This document shows, piece after piece, positions 34,766 through 38,478 of a stretch of DNA of 38,478 bases. How positions within the stretch are numbered: position 1 is the first letter of the stretch; every line of letters starts with the position of its first letter. Below the pieces are notes generated by a model. That model was not told the origin of the DNA. It was given only the letters and a program-made list of their open reading frames with translations, and ran no database searches. The stretch spans positions 1 through 38,478 of the forward strand of contig CAYFJE010000002.1 in assembly GCA_964343345.1 (NCBI GenBank), written 5' to 3'. Position numbers and translations under genes: made by a program. Origin of the DNA: an uncultured bacterium (GTDB lineage: Bacteria; UBP7; UBA6624).

Positions 34766-35656
34766 ATGAAGAAAGTTCGTTATTTTGAAAGACCAAAGAA
34801 ATATTGGGAAGGGCATGTTTTCCCGATGAAAAAAATGCAACTTTTAAAAGACAGAATCTCTGTTGATTTTGAAGTCGAATTTAATGAACCTGAAGCATTG
34901 CCGGAAGGAGCTGTTGAATTAACTCATGATGCTGATTTTTTATCAAGAATAGATTCTTATTTTAAAAACCCAGAAGCTTCTTATGGGGAATTTGAAGCTC
35001 GATGTGATTCGGATGTTTTCGAGAATGAGTGTAGGGCAGTTGCAGGCACTCTTTCATCCTGCAGAGATGCATTGAATCAGGGTTGGGGGTTTAATATTGG
35101 CGGGGGATTGCATCACTCTTTTCCGGATCATGGCGAAGGGTTTTGTATCATTAACGATGTGGCAATTTCAATAAATCAGTTAAGAAAAGAAAAGGTTATC
35201 AAAAAAGCTGCTGTTATTGATCTCGATGTTCATCAAGGCAATGGAACAGCAGTATGTTTTCAGGGAATTCCTGAAGTTACAACTATTTCAATACATCAGC
35301 AAAACAACTATCCTTCCTGGAAGCCAAAATCCGATCTTGATTTAGGTCTCGCAGATGGAACTGGAGATGACGAGTATCTTCTTCAGTTGTCAAAATCGCT
35401 TGAATGGCTTTCTAAATACAGCAAACCCGATCTTATTTTGTTTTTAGCAGGAGCAGACCCTTACAGAAAAGATCAGCTCGGAGGATTGTCTTTAACAAAA
35501 AAAGGACTAGAGGCCAGAGACAAACGCGTTTTTAATTGGGCAAGAGATAACAACTGTCCAGTTTCTGTCGTTTTGGCAGGAGGTTACGCAAAAGATGTAA
35601 ACGATGTTGTTGATATACACTTCAATACATTCAAATGCTTAATGGAGGTTTACTAA
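34766..35656 (+). CDS. histone deacetylase-family (arginase-fold) deacetylase/amidohydrolase
   Basis: GGGLHHSFPDHGEGFCIINDVA, DLDVHQGNGT and AGADPY are the HDAC-family catalytic and zinc motifs. Confidence 0.85.
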   Translation: MKKVRYFERPKKYWEGHVFPMKKMQLLKDRISVDFEVEFNEPEALPEGAVELTHDADFLSRIDSYFKNPEASYGEFEARCDSDVFENECRAVAGTLSSCRDALNQGWGFNIGGGLHHSFPDHGEGFCIINDVAISINQLRKEKVIKKAAVIDLDVHQGNGTAVCFQGIPEVTTISIHQQNNYPSWKPKSDLDLGLADGTGDDEYLLQLSKSLEWLSKYSKPDLILFLAGADPYRKDQLGGLSLTKKGLEARDKRVFNWARDNNCPVSVVLAGGYAKDVNDVVDIHFNTFKCLMEVY

Positions 35657-35657
35657 A

Positions 35658-36473
35658 ATGATTTTTTGTTTTATTTTTTTAATTAACATCTTCCAAGATC
35701 CTGATTGGAAACCTGAAGAGTATTCCGTAAAACAGACTCATACAAAAATTAAAATTGATGGAGTCATTAGCGATGAGGAATGGGGGCACGCTCCTTGGTC
35801 AAATTATTTTGTGGATATTGAGGGTGATTTGAAGCCACTTCCAAAATACAAAACAAAAATAAAAATGTTATGGGACGAAAATTATTTTTATATTGTTGCA
35901 CTGATGGACGATCCTCATATATGGGCAGTAAGCACAGAAAGGGATTCGTATATTTGGCAGAACGAGGGCGATTTTGAAGTTTTCTTAGACCCTGATGGAG
36001 ATTCGTTTGATTATATTGAAATAGAAATCAATGCCATGGGAACCGAGTGGGATTTGCTTATGGACAAGCCATATAGCGAAGGAGGTGTTAACGACGATGC
36101 CTGGAACATTGAGGGCTTAAAGTCAGCTGTCGTTGTTAACGGAACTTTAAACAATCCGGAAGATGTTGATTCGAATTGGGTCGTTGAAATTGCAATTCCT
36201 TGGGATGGAATCAGGCATACATCCAATGTTTCAATGCCTCCAAAACCAGGAGAATCTTGGAGAATTAATTTTTCAAGAGTTTGGTGGAATCATGAAGTTG
36301 TTGATGGGAAGTATGTGAAGATAGGGGAACCTTTTGAAGGGCATCCTGAATCAAATTGGGTTTGGTCGCCGCAAGGTTTAATAAACATGCATATCCCAAG
36401 GCTTTGGGGTTTCATTCACTTTAGGGGAGAAGAAAAAAGAGATAACAGAATATTAGATTTTCTTTCTCGATGA
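35658..36473 (+). CDS. carbohydrate-binding family 9 (CBM9/DOMON-like) domain protein
   Basis: KIDGVISDEEWGHAPWS...KIKMLWDENYFYIVALMDDPHIW...YIEIEINAMGTEWDLL matches the CBM9-like pattern as I remember it. It has a hydrophobic N-terminus. Confidence 0.55.
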   Translation: MIFCFIFLINIFQDPDWKPEEYSVKQTHTKIKIDGVISDEEWGHAPWSNYFVDIEGDLKPLPKYKTKIKMLWDENYFYIVALMDDPHIWAVSTERDSYIWQNEGDFEVFLDPDGDSFDYIEIEINAMGTEWDLLMDKPYSEGGVNDDAWNIEGLKSAVVVNGTLNNPEDVDSNWVVEIAIPWDGIRHTSNVSMPPKPGESWRINFSRVWWNHEVVDGKYVKIGEPFEGHPESNWVWSPQGLINMHIPRLWGFIHFRGEEKRDNRILDFLSR

Positions 36474-36480
36474 AAACTTT

Positions 36481-38418
36481 ATGAATGCAGCAAATCTAGA
36501 TTGGTCAATTATTTTTTTTACATGGGCGATCATGGTTCTTTCTGTCCCAATTGCAAAAAAATACATGAGAAGCGTTGCTGATTACCTTTCTGCAGGAAGG
36601 TCAGCTGGACGATACATACTTTCTGTTGCCCAAGGTATTGCAGCGCTTGGGGCAATTTCTGTTGTCGCAATGATGGAACAAAACTACATTGCAGGTTTTT
36701 CAATGTCTTGGTGGGGGCTCACAATGAATCTTGTTGTTCTGGCGGTAACGGCTTCTGGCTGGGTTATTTACAGATTCAGAGAAACAAGATGTCTAACTTT
36801 GGCTGAGTTTTTTGAAAGAAGATATAACAAAAAATTTCGAATATTTTCAGGATTCATCGCTTTTGTTTCAGGGATAGTTAATTTCGGAATATTCCCAGCT
36901 GTTGGAGCAAGGTTTTTTTTAAACTATCTTGGGCTTCCTGAAAGTCTTTCGGTTATGGGCCTTGATATCCCTACTTTTGCTTTGTTGATGTTGTTTTTGC
37001 TTTCTACTTCTTTGTATTTTGTTTTTTCTGGCGGGCATGTTGCCGTGACGATTGCTGATTTCATTCAAGGGGTTTTCAGTAATTTTGTTTTTATTTGGAT
37101 GATTTTGTTTTTCCTCTTCAATGTTTCATGGGATCAAATTTTTTACTCTTTGAATCAAGCTCCGGAAAATGCATCCTTGATTAACCCTTTCAAAACCAGC
37201 CAGGTAGAAGATTTCAACCTAGGGTTCTTTTTGATAGGTATACTGATTTACGTTTATGGAACAATGTCTTGGCAAGGGACGCAGGCCTATAATGCCTCAG
37301 CAAAAAATGCTCATGAGGCAAAAATGGGGAGCCTTTTGACGAACTGGCGAAATATCCCACAAAACCTCTTTATGTTGTTTATCCCAATAATTGCTTACAC
37401 TGTTTTGCATCATCCAGATTTTGCTAATGAAGCGGGTTTTGTTAACTCTGTTTTAAATAGCGGGACCAGCGATACAGCTGTAAGTCAAATGCGTGTCCCA
37501 ACTGTTTTGGTTTCAATGTTGCCTCCCGGTTTGATGGGGGCTTTTGCAGCAGTTATGTTGGCTGCTTTTATAAGCACTCATGACACTTATCTTCACTCCT
37601 GGGGGAGCATCTTTGTTCAAGACGTTTATATGCCATTCCAAAAAAAGCCACTTAGCCCCGAAAAACACTTAAAGGTTTTGAGATGGTCAACAATTGGCGT
37701 TGCAATTTTTATATTTATGTTTTCCTTGATATTTCAACAAAGCGAGTATATTCTTCTATTCTTTGCAATTACGGGAGCAATTTTCTTTGGAGGATCGGGA
37801 GCAGTTTTGATTGGAGGGCTCTATTGGAAGAGAGGGACAGCTCAAGGGGCATGGTGGGCAATGTCGCTCGGGGCGTCTCTGTCTGTTTTCGGCATATTTG
37901 GAGAAAGGTACATTGACAGTTGGCCAACTTGGCTTAACGGGCAGGTAATGACAGGAATTGTTATTGCATGCTGCATCGTTGCGTATCTTATTGCTTCACT
38001 GAATTCAAAACAAAAAGGTGTCAATTTAGATAAGCTGTTGCATCGTGGAAAATATGAAACCAAAAAAGAAAAAAAATTAATCCAAAGCGAGGTCCCAAGA
38101 GGTTTGAAGGCAATAGGAATTACTGAAGAATTTACCAAGTCTGATCGCAGGATTTATTACTTTACTTACACATGGGTAATTGGGTGGTTTTTGGTTTTTC
38201 TAGTTGGCACAATATACAACCTTAACGCAGATGTTTTAGATGATCAGTGGGTATCATTTTGGAAAATATACATGTGGGTTAATGTTGTTGCTGCAATTTT
38301 CGTTACGATTTGGTTTACATGCAATGGATTCAAGGATTTAAAGGAAATGCTTAAACGGCTCAAGAACAGAAAAATAGACGTTAATGACAACGGGATTATT
38401 TCAGAAAATGATATTTAG
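36481..38418 (+). CDS. sodium:solute symporter (SSF) family transporter
   Basis: 645 aa, polytopic with at least 13 hydrophobic segments. The SSF-like N-terminal pattern DYLSAGRSAGRY is present, and the C-terminal tail is charged. Confidence 0.8.
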   Translation: MNAANLDWSIIFFTWAIMVLSVPIAKKYMRSVADYLSAGRSAGRYILSVAQGIAALGAISVVAMMEQNYIAGFSMSWWGLTMNLVVLAVTASGWVIYRFRETRCLTLAEFFERRYNKKFRIFSGFIAFVSGIVNFGIFPAVGARFFLNYLGLPESLSVMGLDIPTFALLMLFLLSTSLYFVFSGGHVAVTIADFIQGVFSNFVFIWMILFFLFNVSWDQIFYSLNQAPENASLINPFKTSQVEDFNLGFFLIGILIYVYGTMSWQGTQAYNASAKNAHEAKMGSLLTNWRNIPQNLFMLFIPIIAYTVLHHPDFANEAGFVNSVLNSGTSDTAVSQMRVPTVLVSMLPPGLMGAFAAVMLAAFISTHDTYLHSWGSIFVQDVYMPFQKKPLSPEKHLKVLRWSTIGVAIFIFMFSLIFQQSEYILLFFAITGAIFFGGSGAVLIGGLYWKRGTAQGAWWAMSLGASLSVFGIFGERYIDSWPTWLNGQVMTGIVIACCIVAYLIASLNSKQKGVNLDKLLHRGKYETKKEKKLIQSEVPRGLKAIGITEEFTKSDRRIYYFTYTWVIGWFLVFLVGTIYNLNADVLDDQWVSFWKIYMWVNVVAAIFVTIWFTCNGFKDLKEMLKRLKNRKIDVNDNGIISENDI

Positions 38419-38478
38419 TAGGCACGAGAGAAATCCAATAATTACAAGGGAAGACATCCCGCTTAGTTGTACAGAGGG
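38408..38478 (+). CDS. 3'-truncated ORF, N-terminus resembles GH130-type glycoside phosphorylase/hydrolase
   Basis: The ATG at 38408 overlaps the symporter end by 11 nt. The translation MIFSRHERNPIITREDIPLSCTE resembles the GH130 N-terminal xxNPI(I/L)TPEDIP motif. Only 23 codons are visible. Confidence 0.3.
   Translation, partial: MIFSRHERNPIITREDIPLSCTE

Noticed and set aside
1-38478. A search by eye for CRISPR repeats, tRNA or rRNA genes, transposase or integrase genes, toxin-antitoxin pairs and known defence-system genes.
   Set aside because: None was found. Intergenic space is too small for structured RNA genes (the largest gaps are 105, 96, 87 and 71 nt), and no ORF shows recombinase, nuclease or defence-type motifs that I can recognise.

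Overview
AT-rich, very gene-dense bacterial chromosomal segment. About 700 nt of 38,478 lie outside ORFs by the ORF coordinates. I call 38 CDS (two truncated by the window edges). I recognised no rRNA, tRNA, CRISPR array, transposase, integrase or phage gene.

Gene order:
- 5'-partial 2-oxoacid dehydrogenase E2, lpdA, tatA, tatC.
- A four-gene Hdr/Mvh/Asr-like operon.
- rsmA and a small ORF on the minus strand, then an exported protein and glycerate kinase.
- A 967-aa orphan protein, an AmpD-like amidase, and an APC permease fused to two Usp domains.
- A long minus-strand run: hutI, lipoprotein, ECF sigma, anti-sigma candidate, LolA/RseB-like candidate.
- M32 carboxypeptidase, hutU, a hypothetical and an M24 peptidase.
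- A phosphate locus: PLC-like phosphodiesterase, PhoU-wHTH fusion, pstS, pstC, pstA, two pstB genes, phoU.
- HDAC-family deacetylase, CBM9-like protein, Na+/solute symporter, and the first codons of a GH130-like gene.

Two loci stand out:
1. 3287-8315 is an intact, translationally coupled operon. Its products align (from memory of the families) to HdrA-MvhD, FrhB, AsrA/HydB and AsrB/HydG. Almost every Fe-S ligand cysteine and the AsrB NAD(P)H loop is substituted.
2. 28881-34740 is a pst locus headed by a PhoU domain fused directly to an OmpR/PhoB-type winged-helix DNA-binding domain, with no receiver domain. It is followed by 11-bp-phased direct repeats upstream of pstS. It also carries two PstB paralogs whose motif defects are complementary, which predicts one consensus and one degenerate ATP site.

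All homology statements come from reading the translations. No database search was run.
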